64,000 bases of DNA from Candidatus Kaiserbacteria bacterium (GCA_028820405.1 JAPPJI010000021.1:2770-66769); one strand, 5' to 3'. Positions 1 through 9,961 are shown, counted from the first letter of the stretch. Numbers and translations are program-made. Notes: generated by a model from the sequence alone, not told the origin.

Positions 1-22
1 GACGGAACGATACCGGGAAATC

Positions 23-268
23 ATGGAACGATTCGACATACCGGCTGAGGAAGTGGAGGCGTGCCGGGAACAGGACAGCATCGCGGCACACATAGCCATT
101 GCGGCAAAAGATGTTGTCGAGCTCGACATTGAAGAGACACCGCACATTCAATTCATCTCACGATCCGGCGAACTCCTCTTTGACGGTGTCGGTGTTCTCT
201 CAGCAACCGAACTGGAGAGCTTCGTCGCACACATCATGCAAAGCAGGCGACAGGAAACGGAAGACTAA
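23..268 (+). CDS. hypothetical protein (81 aa), convergent with glyQS
   Basis: ORF track only. No recognisable motif. Acidic, non-repetitive composition. Confidence 0.3.
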   Translation: MERFDIPAEEVEACREQDSIAAHIAIAAKDVVELDIEETPHIQFISRSGELLFDGVGVLSATELESFVAHIMQSRRQETED

Positions 269-1611
269 TTGATCCTTTCGTTAACGTACGAGGCAAGGTC
301 TTCGATAGCGACACGGTCCTGTTTCATGGAGTCACGGTCCCGAACCGTTACCGTCTCATTTTCCTCGGTCTCGTGGTCAACCGTCACGGCAAACGGAGTA
401 CCGATCTCATCAGCACGACGATATCGCTTCCCGACCGCTCCCGTGTCGTCATAGTATGCGGAGACGTGCTTCGCAAGGTCTTCAACGATGCGGTGAGCAA
501 TACGCTGCTGCCCTTCCCGACGGAAGAGCGGTAACACGGCAACCTGCATCGGTGCGATCGACGGTTTGAACCTGAGTACCGTTCGTTCGGTCCCGTCGTC
601 AAGTGTTTCAACGGCATACGCGTCAGCAAGGAGGGCAAGGAACAGCCGACCCACGCCGATAGAGGTTTCAACAACTGCCGGCACGATATGTTCATTCCGG
701 TCCTGATCAAAGTACGTTAAACGTTCTTTTGCGTGCAATGCATGCTGCGTCAGATCATACGTTCCCCGGTCATGCACTCCTTCAAGCTCCTTCCATCCGA
801 AGGGATAGTGGTATTCAATGTCACTTGCTGCTGACGCGTAAAAAACAAGATTTTTGTGCTCAGTCACCCGCAGGTTCTCCTTCCGCAATCCCAGGGCAAC
901 CAGTGCCTCCTGCCGAGATGCAAGAAACGCAGCGAAGTGTTCACTACTCGTATCTTCGTGGCAGAAGTACTGCATTTCCATTTGTTCAAACTCCCGGGTA
1001 CGGAACAGGAACTGTCGGGGAGATATTTCATTGCGAAACGCTTTTCCGATCTGTGCAATACCAAACGGCAGTTTCATATGCATGCTGTCGAGCACCTGCT
1101 TGAAATTCACATAGATACCCTGGCAGGTCTCTCCCCGCAGGTATACTTCTCCCTCACCGATACCGGCTGAGACGAGGAGGTTTTGAAACGTCGGTGTCCC
1201 GAGATCATCGGGATCGCACACCTGTATTTTTTCCTTGTGTTGTTCAAAAATGGCACAGAACTCCTCCTGACTCATCCGCTCATCTGCCGCAACGCCCGCA
1301 TCCTCAAGCAAGTGGTCGGCCCGATACCGCTTCCCGGTCTTCTTGCAGACAACAACCGGATCGGTGAACCCGGTCGTATGCCCTGACGCCTCCCAGACGC
1401 TCGGGTGCATCACAATACCGGCATCAAGACCGACGATATCCTGTCGCTTTCGCACCATGGATGACCACCACTGCTGCTTAATGTTATTCGCCAACTCAAC
1501 GCCGAGCGGACCGTAGTCATAGATACCGGCACAGCCGTCGTAGATCTCTGAGGACGGAAACACAAACCCTCGCTTCTTTGCTAACTGAACAATCTCTTCC
1601 AGTGATGCCAT
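265..1611 (-). CDS. glyQS: glycine--tRNA ligase (class II, dimeric GlyQS type)
   Basis: 448 aa. N-terminal EIYDGCAGIYDYGPLG, the FRNEISPR motif 2 region and C-terminal anticodon-binding-like region are typical of archaeal/eukaryal-type GlyRS. Confidence 0.9.
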   Translation of the reverse strand: MASLEEIVQLAKKRGFVFPSSEIYDGCAGIYDYGPLGVELANNIKQQWWSSMVRKRQDIVGLDAGIVMHPSVWEASGHTTGFTDPVVVCKKTGKRYRADHLLEDAGVAADERMSQEEFCAIFEQHKEKIQVCDPDDLGTPTFQNLLVSAGIGEGEVYLRGETCQGIYVNFKQVLDSMHMKLPFGIAQIGKAFRNEISPRQFLFRTREFEQMEMQYFCHEDTSSEHFAAFLASRQEALVALGLRKENLRVTEHKNLVFYASAASDIEYHYPFGWKELEGVHDRGTYDLTQHALHAKERLTYFDQDRNEHIVPAVVETSIGVGRLFLALLADAYAVETLDDGTERTVLRFKPSIAPMQVAVLPLFRREGQQRIAHRIVEDLAKHVSAYYDDTGAVGKRYRRADEIGTPFAVTVDHETEENETVTVRDRDSMKQDRVAIEDLASYVNERIN

Positions 1612-1631
1612 AACTTCATCAGTATACCGCT

Positions 1632-2558
1632 TTACCGCACAGAAGGCGATAACAGCATGCTTCGATACAGCTGAAAGAGTGTCTGCATGTCAATAAATCG
1701 CTCTTCCTTCGTCGAGTTGAGCACGACAAAAGCAATACGTCGTCCCTGAATCTCGAGAACCATGAGAAGTGTTCCTCCCGCAATGTTTGTAAATCCGGTC
1801 TTCGACAGAAGTACCGGATGCGGCAGATTCCCGAGCAACTCATTCGTGTTCTCCGCACGATACTCCCTCCCGTCAAGTGTGTAGAACAGCCGCTCACTTC
1901 TTGCTGTTGCATTCGCGAGTTCGGGTTCATTCCGTATGAGAATTGACGCGATGGCGGCAAGGTCACGGGCGGAACTCTCAGATCCGGCAAGGGTTCCGTG
2001 TGCATCAAGACCGGTCACGTTGACGAAGTGAGTCTGTACGAGACCGTGCTCCCTTGCAAAGGTATTCATCAGGTCAACGAGCGGTGTGCCGACCTTCTCC
2101 TCAACTGTCCTTGCAACGGCACTAATTCCGCCGTTTGAGGATGTCATAAGGGCATAGCGGATGAGGTCAAGGGTTCGCCACCGATCTCCCGGTTTAATCG
2201 GGGTAATTTGCAGGACAGAGAGGTCCTCTTCAGTGACGGTGGTGGTGTCAAAATCGTTGATCTTTCTCACGGCGATGAGTGCCGCGGTGAGCTTAGTGAT
2301 GGAGGCGATTGACGTCGGTGTCATCGGGTTCTTTCCCGCAAGGATCCGGTTGGCATCAATATCGTAGATAACGGCTGATGTAGCAACCACTTCGTTGGTG
2401 ATCGACGTGTACTGCTCCGGTTGGTATTCATAGACGGAAAAATCATCGACGATGCGAACCCCTCTCGGTGCCGCGACGAGGACAACACTGGCGATGATAA
2501 AGAGTACTGACACCAAAAAAAACGGTCTCCCCCTTTCTTTTCTCTCCCCGGTCCCCAT
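1632..2558 (-). CDS. D-alanyl-D-alanine carboxypeptidase (serine peptidase S11, PBP5-like)
   Basis: N-terminal TM/signal. SITK (SxxK), SSN (SxN) and KTG motifs occur in the correct order. Confidence 0.8.
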   Translation of the reverse strand: MGTGERKERGRPFFLVSVLFIIASVVLVAAPRGVRIVDDFSVYEYQPEQYTSITNEVVATSAVIYDIDANRILAGKNPMTPTSIASITKLTAALIAVRKINDFDTTTVTEEDLSVLQITPIKPGDRWRTLDLIRYALMTSSNGGISAVARTVEEKVGTPLVDLMNTFAREHGLVQTHFVNVTGLDAHGTLAGSESSARDLAAIASILIRNEPELANATARSERLFYTLDGREYRAENTNELLGNLPHPVLLSKTGFTNIAGGTLLMVLEIQGRRIAFVVLNSTKEERFIDMQTLFQLYRSMLLSPSVR

Positions 2559-2560
2559 GA

Positions 2561-3100
2561 CTACCTCTCGTTACCACCCACCTCTTCCAGACCCTTCCTG
2601 AGCGATTCATGAATCTCTGCGTATTCCGGCAGATCTCCCTTCTTGCTCACACCAAGGTGTGACAGAAGGTCTGCAGTCACATCGAACGCCCGTGCCTTCC
2701 CCACCGACACCTCCTGGATGAGACCGCGAACCAGCAGTTGCCGGGTTGTGTACTGCGTGTTGACTCCACGGAGGAAATCAAGGTCAATCTTGGTAATCGG
2801 TCCTGCATATGCAATGAGTGAGAGTGTCTCTTGAGCTGCGTTTGAAAGCGGTGCGGTTTTCTCTTTCTGATGCACCTGTTGCATAAAGTGATCAAGACGC
2901 GGACTGCTGACGAGTGACAGTGAAGTGCCGTCATCAACGGGCACAACACCGCTTGCGAGCCGTTCCTTTGCGAGGGCGTCCGCAATTGAGTCAATTTCAT
3001 CAACCTTGCATCCGAGAAAAGAAGCCGCACTCTTTTTCGTCAGCGGCGATCCGTGGGTAAAGAGGAGGGCTTCGAGTTTTGCAACGTGGTCCTGGTTCAT
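2561..3100 (-). CDS. scpB: segregation and condensation protein B
   Basis: 179 aa. EALLF...GSPL N-terminal signature of ScpB winged-helix. Adjacent to scpA. Confidence 0.8.
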   Translation of the reverse strand: MNQDHVAKLEALLFTHGSPLTKKSAASFLGCKVDEIDSIADALAKERLASGVVPVDDGTSLSLVSSPRLDHFMQQVHQKEKTAPLSNAAQETLSLIAYAGPITKIDLDFLRGVNTQYTTRQLLVRGLIQEVSVGKARAFDVTADLLSHLGVSKKGDLPEYAEIHESLRKGLEEVGGNER

Positions 3101-3825
3101 ACCGTCTGCTTTGAAATCATAATATCATCAAACTGTCGATCCTGATGTGCCTGCAGGAGGTTCTTTTTGATCAATTCAAGTACGGCGAGGAATGAGACAA
3201 TACTCTCCGCCTTATCCTTCATTGCCATTGAACGAAACGATACCGACACCCGGTCTGACACTGCGGAGAGTACTTTGTCGATCACCTCTTCGATCATGAC
3301 ACGCTTCTCCACGTGTTTTTTCGGTATCTCCTGCAAAAACACCATGTGCCGTACGACTGCCCGTGCGTGGGCGTGGAGCCGCTTTGCACTGCAAGAGAGG
3401 TCCGGAGAAAATGAGACCTCCCGCTCACTCTTGTACACCTGAACGGTATACATCTGCCGTCGCCACGAATGCAATTTCGGCACGACGTGCTCTCGGATGT
3501 ACTCAAACAGTCTCACCCGATCCTCAAGCTGCCGTACATCAACTTCCTCTTCCTCAGTGTATTCGAGCATATCCAGCAGTGATTTCGACTTGATGAGGAT
3601 AAGGATTGAGGCAACGTGCATGAAATGTGCAATTTCCTCTGCCGTCACCGCATCCCCCTGCTTTGTGTGGCGGAGGTAGTCAGCGGTTACCTTTGCAAGT
3701 GACACGGTATTGATCTGCAGTTTCCGCTTGGTGATGAGCTGGTAGAGGAGGTCAATGGGTCCTTCAAACGATTCAACTGACACAACGTACTCTTTCGCAC
3801 TATTCATCATACAGCTTGACGTCAA
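3097..3825 (-). CDS. scpA: segregation and condensation protein A (kleisin)
   Basis: 242 aa. FEGPIDLLYQLI motif near the N-terminus. The scpA-scpB pair overlaps by 4 nt. Confidence 0.8.
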   Translation of the reverse strand: MTSSCMMNSAKEYVVSVESFEGPIDLLYQLITKRKLQINTVSLAKVTADYLRHTKQGDAVTAEEIAHFMHVASILILIKSKSLLDMLEYTEEEEVDVRQLEDRVRLFEYIREHVVPKLHSWRRQMYTVQVYKSEREVSFSPDLSCSAKRLHAHARAVVRHMVFLQEIPKKHVEKRVMIEEVIDKVLSAVSDRVSVSFRSMAMKDKAESIVSFLAVLELIKKNLLQAHQDRQFDDIMISKQTV

Positions 3826-5164
3826 TTCTGTTTCTATCCCGCGGGAACATAGATGCCTCTTTTGCGTTCTGCAGTCCGCAGAGTTTCGCCGTCAGCCGCT
3901 CAAGCCCCATTCCCATACCGCCGTGCGGCGGCATACCGTACCGAAACGCCTGGAGGTAGAAGGAGAACACGGTCTCAGGGTCGGCAATGCCGGTCTTTTT
4001 CGTGATCTTCTCAATAAGTGTGCTGTAGTCGTGGATACGCTGTCCGCCGGTGCTGATCTCAATCCCCCGGAACAGGAGATCAAATCCTTTGGTATATCCC
4101 GGATCATCTGCATCATCGTAGGTGTACATCGGTCGGGTTTCTGTCGGATAGTGGGTGATGAAAATGAAATCAGATCCCGTCTCTTTCTGTGCGTGCTCGC
4201 AGAGCACCCGCTCATGTTCCGGTGCAAGATCTTTCTCCCCTTCACACGATATGCCGTACTTCTCGGACAACAGGACCTGTGCCTCCGTCAGCTTCATGCT
4301 CGGAAACGGTGTCTCCGGAACGATCGGCAACGATGCCTCCAGCACTGTCAGATGGTTCTTGCACCGATCCGCAACCTGCCGCACGATGTGCCGGACACAT
4401 CCTTCAAGCATCGCCTGCACATCAGTGTGATCGGTAATGTACCCCATCTCAAAGTCCATGCTGGTGTACTCGTTGAGGTGACGGGACGTGCTGTGCTTCT
4501 CTGCACGAAAGACGTTTCCGACAGAAAACACCCGTTCAAACGCACCGACGAGAATCTGCTTGTATAGCTGCGGACTTGTCGCAAGTGATGCCCGCTTGTC
4601 AAAGTAATCAACACCGAATACCTCGGCACCGCCTTCTGCGTCACCTCCGACGATAGCCGGTGCCTGAAACTCCATGAACCCTTCCCCGGAGAGGTACTCA
4701 CGAAATGCCTGTGCAACCGACATCTGCACGCGAAAAACTGCCTGTTCACGACTTCTTCGCAGAGTCAGGGGACGATAGTCAAAGAGGGTATCGATATTGA
4801 TGTCCGCATCGCGATCAAACGGAAGGGTTTGTGCTGCTGCTGATTGAGAGAAGGAGGAGACGAGAATCTCAAGAGCACCGTTGTCCCCGTCAGACCGGTT
4901 TTTCTCAGAACGATCCTGCACCGCCCCGGTCACCATGAGAATACTCTCCGGCGTCAGCTTTTGGGCTTCAGCAAATTGCGGGTGATCCCCCTTCAGGACA
5001 CACTGCACTGATCCGGTCCTGTCGGCAAGGTCAATAAAAAGCACCTTGCCGTGGTCCCGGACAACGAGCACTTTCCCCCATACGGTCACTTCCGACCCAT
5101 TGTGCTCCCGCACCTGCCGCAACAGACATCGCTCCATATGGGCGCAGTATATCACACCGAACAC
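3800..5164 (-). CDS. aspS: aspartate--tRNA ligase, archaeal/non-discriminating type (class IIb). AsnRS cannot be fully excluded.
   Basis: 454 aa. N-terminal OB fold, FRAE...SRHLNEYT (motif 2), GGQRIH and GMPPHGGMGMGLERL (motif 3). The length fits archaeal-type AspRS. GatB is in the same window. The start may be the internal Met at 5137. Confidence 0.75.
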   Translation of the reverse strand: MFGVIYCAHMERCLLRQVREHNGSEVTVWGKVLVVRDHGKVLFIDLADRTGSVQCVLKGDHPQFAEAQKLTPESILMVTGAVQDRSEKNRSDGDNGALEILVSSFSQSAAAQTLPFDRDADINIDTLFDYRPLTLRRSREQAVFRVQMSVAQAFREYLSGEGFMEFQAPAIVGGDAEGGAEVFGVDYFDKRASLATSPQLYKQILVGAFERVFSVGNVFRAEKHSTSRHLNEYTSMDFEMGYITDHTDVQAMLEGCVRHIVRQVADRCKNHLTVLEASLPIVPETPFPSMKLTEAQVLLSEKYGISCEGEKDLAPEHERVLCEHAQKETGSDFIFITHYPTETRPMYTYDDADDPGYTKGFDLLFRGIEISTGGQRIHDYSTLIEKITKKTGIADPETVFSFYLQAFRYGMPPHGGMGMGLERLTAKLCGLQNAKEASMFPRDRNRIDVKLYDE

Positions 5165-5224
5165 TCACCGCTGTCAATGCCTGAGAACGTACCGAAAACA
5201 TCGCAACCCTGTATACTGCACAGA

Positions 5225-5821
5225 ATGGATAACCGTGTCACACTACTGGAAGATGAAATTGTCACCCGGGTACAAACGGCCCGATATATGCTCGAAAAAT
5301 TGGGAAAGCCGTGTGATTCACTGAAACTCATCAAGCTTATTGCCCTTGCTGATATCTACAAGCTACGGCTTGAGGGTGAAACGATAACGGGAGATGATTA
5401 TGTTGCCATGAAAAACGGACCCGCACCGTCCAACACTTCTAACATCATCAGGTTTAACAGTGACTATGTGGACGGCGATACACTGACGTATGCAGGAAAC
5501 TACATAGAAAAGCACAACACCACTATCTCAGCAAAAGAGGGTGACGTAGCATATGACTACCTGTCTGATTTCGATAAGAAGTGTATTGATTACGTGGTAG
5601 AGAAATATGGCAACTTATCTGCATCTGACCTCACAGACGGAAATGGCGGAGAAAACGTACATGCATTTGAGGCATGGAAGAAACATGATATTCGTGCCTT
5701 TGGTCCCGGACAGGTTGCACCGATACACATGGAAGACTTTTTTACAAATGACGGTCCGGTTCAGGTAGATGAGGCTGACATAGAACGGTCAAGAGAGAGA
5801 TACCTTCATGGCAACCTTTGA
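5225..5821 (+). CDS. Panacea-domain (DUF4065, SocA/GepA-like) putative antitoxin
   Basis: The LKLIKLIALADIYKLRLEGETITGDDYVAMKNGPAPS pattern matches the DUF4065 core (KLxKLLYxAD...G.PxxGxxxxAxxxGPV). The start was chosen at the internal ATG at 5225. The ORF track starts at 5051. Confidence 0.7.
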   Translation: MDNRVTLLEDEIVTRVQTARYMLEKLGKPCDSLKLIKLIALADIYKLRLEGETITGDDYVAMKNGPAPSNTSNIIRFNSDYVDGDTLTYAGNYIEKHNTTISAKEGDVAYDYLSDFDKKCIDYVVEKYGNLSASDLTDGNGGENVHAFEAWKKHDIRAFGPGQVAPIHMEDFFTNDGPVQVDEADIERSRERYLHGNL

Positions 5822-6221
5822 AAAACGAGACATCGCATACTATCTCAGCTCCAAAATAAAAAAGAACAAAGAAGGGAGAAAAGAGAGGCATTACCACATT
5901 TTGTGTGCTCAATTTACGGACCGCTCCGGGTATGTCTGGTTGCAGATTATCGGAACGAGCAAGGAGATAGAAAATAACAATGAAAATGTTATTGTCATTG
6001 AACCGTCTATGTGTAACGCATTCACCAAAAGAACACGGTTCAACTGTGACTATGTTTATGCAATCCAAGAAGAGGAGTTGCAAGGTGCGAGCATACGAGG
6101 TAGGGTGCCAGAAAATGTATTTGAAACCCTAAAACAGGCGATCGGGAGATCGAACAAAGTGAAGCCGATTTACAAAAAAAGGATGAACATAGTGTGCCAT
6201 GGGCACAGTACATCACGATAA
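5808..6221 (+). CDS. candidate toxin partner of the Panacea antitoxin (137 aa). Weak MazF/PemK-like pattern.
   Basis: It overlaps the upstream Panacea gene by 14 nt in a toxin-downstream arrangement. The pattern HILCAQFTDRSG...VIVIEPSM...CDYVYAIQEEEL loosely resembles the MazF/CcdB SH3-barrel layout. Inference only. Confidence 0.4.
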   Translation: MATFEKRDIAYYLSSKIKKNKEGRKERHYHILCAQFTDRSGYVWLQIIGTSKEIENNNENVIVIEPSMCNAFTKRTRFNCDYVYAIQEEELQGASIRGRVPENVFETLKQAIGRSNKVKPIYKKRMNIVCHGHSTSR

Positions 6222-6280
6222 GCATTCACTATCACCCATCGTTTATGCCAAGAGAAAGTACTCAATGCTTCATCCGGGTA

Positions 6281-7270
6281 CTACGACACCAGTCCGAGCA
6301 ATCGTTTTGCCTCATGCAATCGGTCAGAAAAAAGGGTATTCAGGGTATCACGATTCTTTTCCAGAATACGGTCAACATACTCCCCGTCGCCCTCTGTTTT
6401 CTGATATTGCTCACGTGCTTTTGCAAAGTACGCAAGATATGCATCTGCAAGCTGATCCTTCAATTCTTTATACGTCACACCCCCAGAGCGACATTGGTCT
6501 TCCCGTGCGAGGTACTCTTTTTCTGAGAGCATAAGTTTGAGGTACGTGCAAATAAGACAGGTGGCAGGATCTATCGGCTCACCGGCCGGTGTTGAGTCAG
6601 TTTTAATAGATTGTATCTGCTGCCGAATCACCTCCTCACTGCCAAAAATCGGAATAGTGTTTCGATATGACTTACTCATCTTTTCGCCGTCAATCCCCGG
6701 AACAGTCATTTGATCCTCTGCACGTTCTTCAGGTTCCGTAAAATAATCGGTGCCGGTCAGCCGATGAAATCTCCTCGCAAACTCTCGTGTAATCTCAATA
6801 TGCTGCACCTGGTCTTTGCCGACCGGAACAACAGCGGCGTCAGGAAGCAGAATATCTGCGGCCATAAGAGCTGGGTAGAGGAACGTGCCGACTGACGGTT
6901 CACTTCCCTTTTGCACTGCATCTTTGTATGCATGACCAATGGTTAAAAACGGCATCTTCACCATACAGGCGAATATCCATGCAAGCTCGGTAATCTGAGG
7001 AAAGTCAGATTGTCGATAGATCATGACACGATTAGGATCAATGCCCAGAGCCGTAAACGATCGGACAAACGTGGAAAACAGCTGTTCCTGCTCGTCTCTG
7101 CGATGTACCTCACGGTCACTGAGCCCGGTCAACGCATGAAGGTCTGCAACGAAAAGAAACACCTCTTCCCCACCTTCTTGCATAGCAACAATCTGTTGAA
7201 TTGCACCAAAATAGTTGCCGAGATGCAATTCGCCGGTCGGTTTCAGTCCTGTGAGAATCCGCTTTCCCAT
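6281..7270 (-). CDS. trpS: tryptophan--tRNA ligase
   Basis: HIGH-like TGELHLGNY and KMSKS motifs. The start is set at the internal ATG (MGKRILTG) at 7270. The ORF track extends 50 codons upstream. Confidence 0.9.
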   Translation of the reverse strand: MGKRILTGLKPTGELHLGNYFGAIQQIVAMQEGGEEVFLFVADLHALTGLSDREVHRRDEQEQLFSTFVRSFTALGIDPNRVMIYRQSDFPQITELAWIFACMVKMPFLTIGHAYKDAVQKGSEPSVGTFLYPALMAADILLPDAAVVPVGKDQVQHIEITREFARRFHRLTGTDYFTEPEERAEDQMTVPGIDGEKMSKSYRNTIPIFGSEEVIRQQIQSIKTDSTPAGEPIDPATCLICTYLKLMLSEKEYLAREDQCRSGGVTYKELKDQLADAYLAYFAKAREQYQKTEGDGEYVDRILEKNRDTLNTLFSDRLHEAKRLLGLVS

Positions 7271-7307
7271 AGCCAACGCATTATACAACACCACCACTAA
7301 AGACCTA

Positions 7308-7317
7308 CCCCCCCCCC
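7308..7317. repeat. homopolymeric C10 (G10 on the minus strand) tract, 38-47 nt upstream of the trpS start
   Basis: Seen directly in the sequence (taCCCCCCCCCCtca). Confidence 0.85.
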
Positions 7318-7431
7318 TCATGTGTGTAAAAGTTATCTCTTCAACGTAGCCACTCTGTATCAATAAAAATAACCCGATGCAACCTACTGTTGCATCGGGT
7401 TTTGCTAAGGAAGCGATCACCCCCCTCTCTC

Positions 7432-7779
7432 CTATTTCCGTGCCGGAGCTGTCTCATTCGCCGGCGAACTCCATCCCTGCTGCAAGGTGGCGAGCATGTC
7501 AACGAGATCATGCATATCACCGCTTCGAACCAGCATGATGGCCGAGAAATGGTGTGGTTCTGCAGCCGTGTTTCCCAGCCCTCTCATGTCGGCATCAATG
7601 ACCCGGCTCGATACCGGTCGGAGAACGGGAGGGTCAGGGTGTCGCCAATCGTCCCACTGGTCACGTGCAAACTCGCGCACGTCAAATCCGGTCGACTTGT
7701 TGACGACGATCACTGCTACAAAAACGACCACCACAACTGCCACGACGAGTGTGATACGCTCTAGCCACACTTCTAACAT
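7432..7779 (-). CDS. hypothetical small membrane protein
   Basis: 115 aa. One N-terminal hydrophobic helix (VVAVVVVVFVAVIVV). No known motif. Confidence 0.4.
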   Translation of the reverse strand: MLEVWLERITLVVAVVVVVFVAVIVVNKSTGFDVREFARDQWDDWRHPDPPVLRPVSSRVIDADMRGLGNTAAEPHHFSAIMLVRSGDMHDLVDMLATLQQGWSSPANETAPARK

Positions 7780-7864
7780 GGTACTACCTCCTTTGATGAG
7801 AGAAACGTCAGTTTTCTAAAACCGCCTCCGCATGCAGTATAGCAAGAACAAATACCTCCATCGC

Positions 7865-8275
7865 TTACCGCTTACTCCACTGCGGTGCCCGCCTCGCTTT
7901 TCGCAACCCAAACTTCTTCCGCTCCTTCTGCCTCGAATCTCGGGTCAGAAGACCGAGGTCCTTGAATAGTTTTCGTGCGCCTTCATCGCACGCAACCAAT
8001 GCACGGGCAAGCCCGTGGCTGACTGCCTGTGCTTGTGCTGAAATACCCCCTCCCTTTACCGTAATAGATGCATGGAGACCGGCGAACTCCTCTTTCTCAC
8101 CCCGCGGTCTCAGTGCTACCTGCGTCAGGTATCCTTTTGGAAAATATGCTTCGATATCCTTCCCGTTCACGGTTGTTTTTTTGAATATCTTGGAGACACG
8201 AACACGAGCAACCGCATGCTTTCTGCGGCCGACTGCCTCAATGTATCCTCCTCGTTCTACTTGATTCTCTGCCAT
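7865..8275 (-). CDS. rpsI: 30S ribosomal protein S9
   Basis: GRRKxAVARV start and C-terminal basic KR tail. Confidence 0.95.
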   Translation of the reverse strand: MAENQVERGGYIEAVGRRKHAVARVRVSKIFKKTTVNGKDIEAYFPKGYLTQVALRPRGEKEEFAGLHASITVKGGGISAQAQAVSHGLARALVACDEGARKLFKDLGLLTRDSRQKERKKFGLRKARRAPQWSKR

Positions 8276-8278
8276 AGG

Positions 8279-8638
8279 TTATTCGTTAATCTGCACCCGA
8301 CGCATCTTGCGGTCACGGAGCCGATTACTCGGTAGCATGCCATAGATTGCCCGGCGAAGCACCTCACCATACCCCCGCTTCTCTATGAGCTGAGCGAGTG
8401 ACTGCTCTTTCTTTCCGCCAAAGTACCCGGTGTATCGAACATACACCTTCTGCCGCTTCTTACGCTCATCAATTGCCATTTTTGACGCATTTTCAACGGT
8501 AACGAGCACATTCGGCACCTGATTCGGTGCGTAGGTCACGCTGTCCTTCCCGTTGAGTATGGTGGCAATCTTTGAGGCAGCCCGACCCAGTCGATCACCG
8601 GCAACATCTATGGTTATGTCTCGTCGTTTCTCTTCCAT
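8279..8638 (-). CDS. rplM: 50S ribosomal protein L13
   Basis: GRLASKIATILNGK motif. Adjacent upstream of rpsI, the canonical order. Confidence 0.95.
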   Translation of the reverse strand: MEEKRRDITIDVAGDRLGRAASKIATILNGKDSVTYAPNQVPNVLVTVENASKMAIDERKKRQKVYVRYTGYFGGKKEQSLAQLIEKRGYGEVLRRAIYGMLPSNRLRDRKMRRVQINE

Positions 8639-8640
8639 AC

Positions 8641-8994
8641 CTATACAAATTCAATCACCGCTGACGTTCGCCCGCTCCCCGGTCGTGGCTCAACCTTCGC
8701 GATCCTCGTGTAGCCGCCGGAGTGCTCTTTGTACTTCGGTCCGAGAACTTCAATCAGCTTCTTCACAACGGTGCGATCGTTGTTAAACCGGGCGAGGAGG
8801 AGCCGTCTCGTTGCCACGTCATCCTTTCTTGCCGTTGTTACCAACTTTTCAACAAACGGTCGGACAGACTTTGCCCGAGCAACGGTGGTGTGCACCTTTT
8901 CTTCCAGAATAACGGAGCGAGCGAGCGAGCGAAGCAACTGCTTACGCTGCTGTCCGACCCGCCCAAATTTTCTCTGCTTTCTGTGGTACGCCAT
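8641..8994 (-). CDS. rplQ: 50S ribosomal protein L17
   Basis: MAYHRKQRKFGR...GYTRI signature. The start is at the internal ATG at 8994. Downstream of rpoA, the canonical order. Confidence 0.95.
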   Translation of the reverse strand: MAYHRKQRKFGRVGQQRKQLLRSLARSVILEEKVHTTVARAKSVRPFVEKLVTTARKDDVATRRLLLARFNNDRTVVKKLIEVLGPKYKEHSGGYTRIAKVEPRPGSGRTSAVIEFV

Positions 8995-8998
8995 AGGT

Positions 8999-9940
8999 CT
9001 ATCCCGCATCCTTGAAGGAGATGCCCCGACTCTCAAGGCTGGTAACAATCTCCTCCATCGCCTTGTCACCGATACCCGGCAGGTCACGAATACCGACAAT
9101 ACCCCGCTTGAGGATATCCATAACGGTCCGTATTTCATTTTTCTCCAAGATGGAAACCACACCTGCACTGAGACCGAGATCGTCAATCGTAATGGTATCT
9201 GACCCGGACGCACCCTCTTCTGCCACCTTCTTTTCTTTGCCTTCCTCCTGAAATCCGGTCATTGCCTCAAACTGTGCAATCATCGTACGAACCACTTTGT
9301 CAAGTGCCTGCCTGGGGGTAACGGTTCCGTCTGTTTCAATACTCACAACGAGACGATTGAAGTCGGTTCGATCACCGACCCGCATGTTGTGTACTTCATA
9401 CGCTGACCGCCTGACGGGAGAAAACATGGCATCAACAAAGATAGAATCAACTGCATCTGAGCTGGCAAGATCTTCGCGGGGACGAAAACCAATCCCCTGC
9501 AACACGTCAGCTTCAATACTGAGCTCGGTCTTGCCGTCAGTGATCTCAGCAATGACCAAATCCTTGTTCACGATCTCAATCTGTGACGGTGTTTCAAAAT
9601 CGCCGGCGGTTACCGGACCGACACCGCTCTTCTTGAGGGTAATAGTCTGTGGGAACACCTCGGTATTCGCCCGCACCCGAATGTTTTTCATGTTAACGAC
9701 AACCGTGAGGGCATCCTCCTTGACTCCGTCGATAACGGAAAATTCATGCGGAACATTTTTAATCCGCACCGCAGTGACCGCCGTACCGGGAATAGATGAG
9801 AGGAGCATGCGACGGAGTGCATTTCCCAATGTGTTGCCATACCCCGGGTAGAGGTTTGATATTTCATAGGTTCCCCGGTCCCCCTCTTCACTAATCATTT
9901 CCGGCTTTGATGGAACGGCGATGTTAATGTATTCTGTCAT
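8999..9940 (-). CDS. rpoA: DNA-directed RNA polymerase subunit alpha
   Basis: 313 aa. N-terminal dimerisation domain, C-terminal alpha-CTD (GIGDKAMEEI HhH-like). alpha-operon context. Confidence 0.95.
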   Translation of the reverse strand: MTEYINIAVPSKPEMISEEGDRGTYEISNLYPGYGNTLGNALRRMLLSSIPGTAVTAVRIKNVPHEFSVIDGVKEDALTVVVNMKNIRVRANTEVFPQTITLKKSGVGPVTAGDFETPSQIEIVNKDLVIAEITDGKTELSIEADVLQGIGFRPREDLASSDAVDSIFVDAMFSPVRRSAYEVHNMRVGDRTDFNRLVVSIETDGTVTPRQALDKVVRTMIAQFEAMTGFQEEGKEKKVAEEGASGSDTITIDDLGLSAGVVSILEKNEIRTVMDILKRGIVGIRDLPGIGDKAMEEIVTSLESRGISFKDAG

Positions 9941-9961
9941 ACGCGTTGATTATGTATACGT

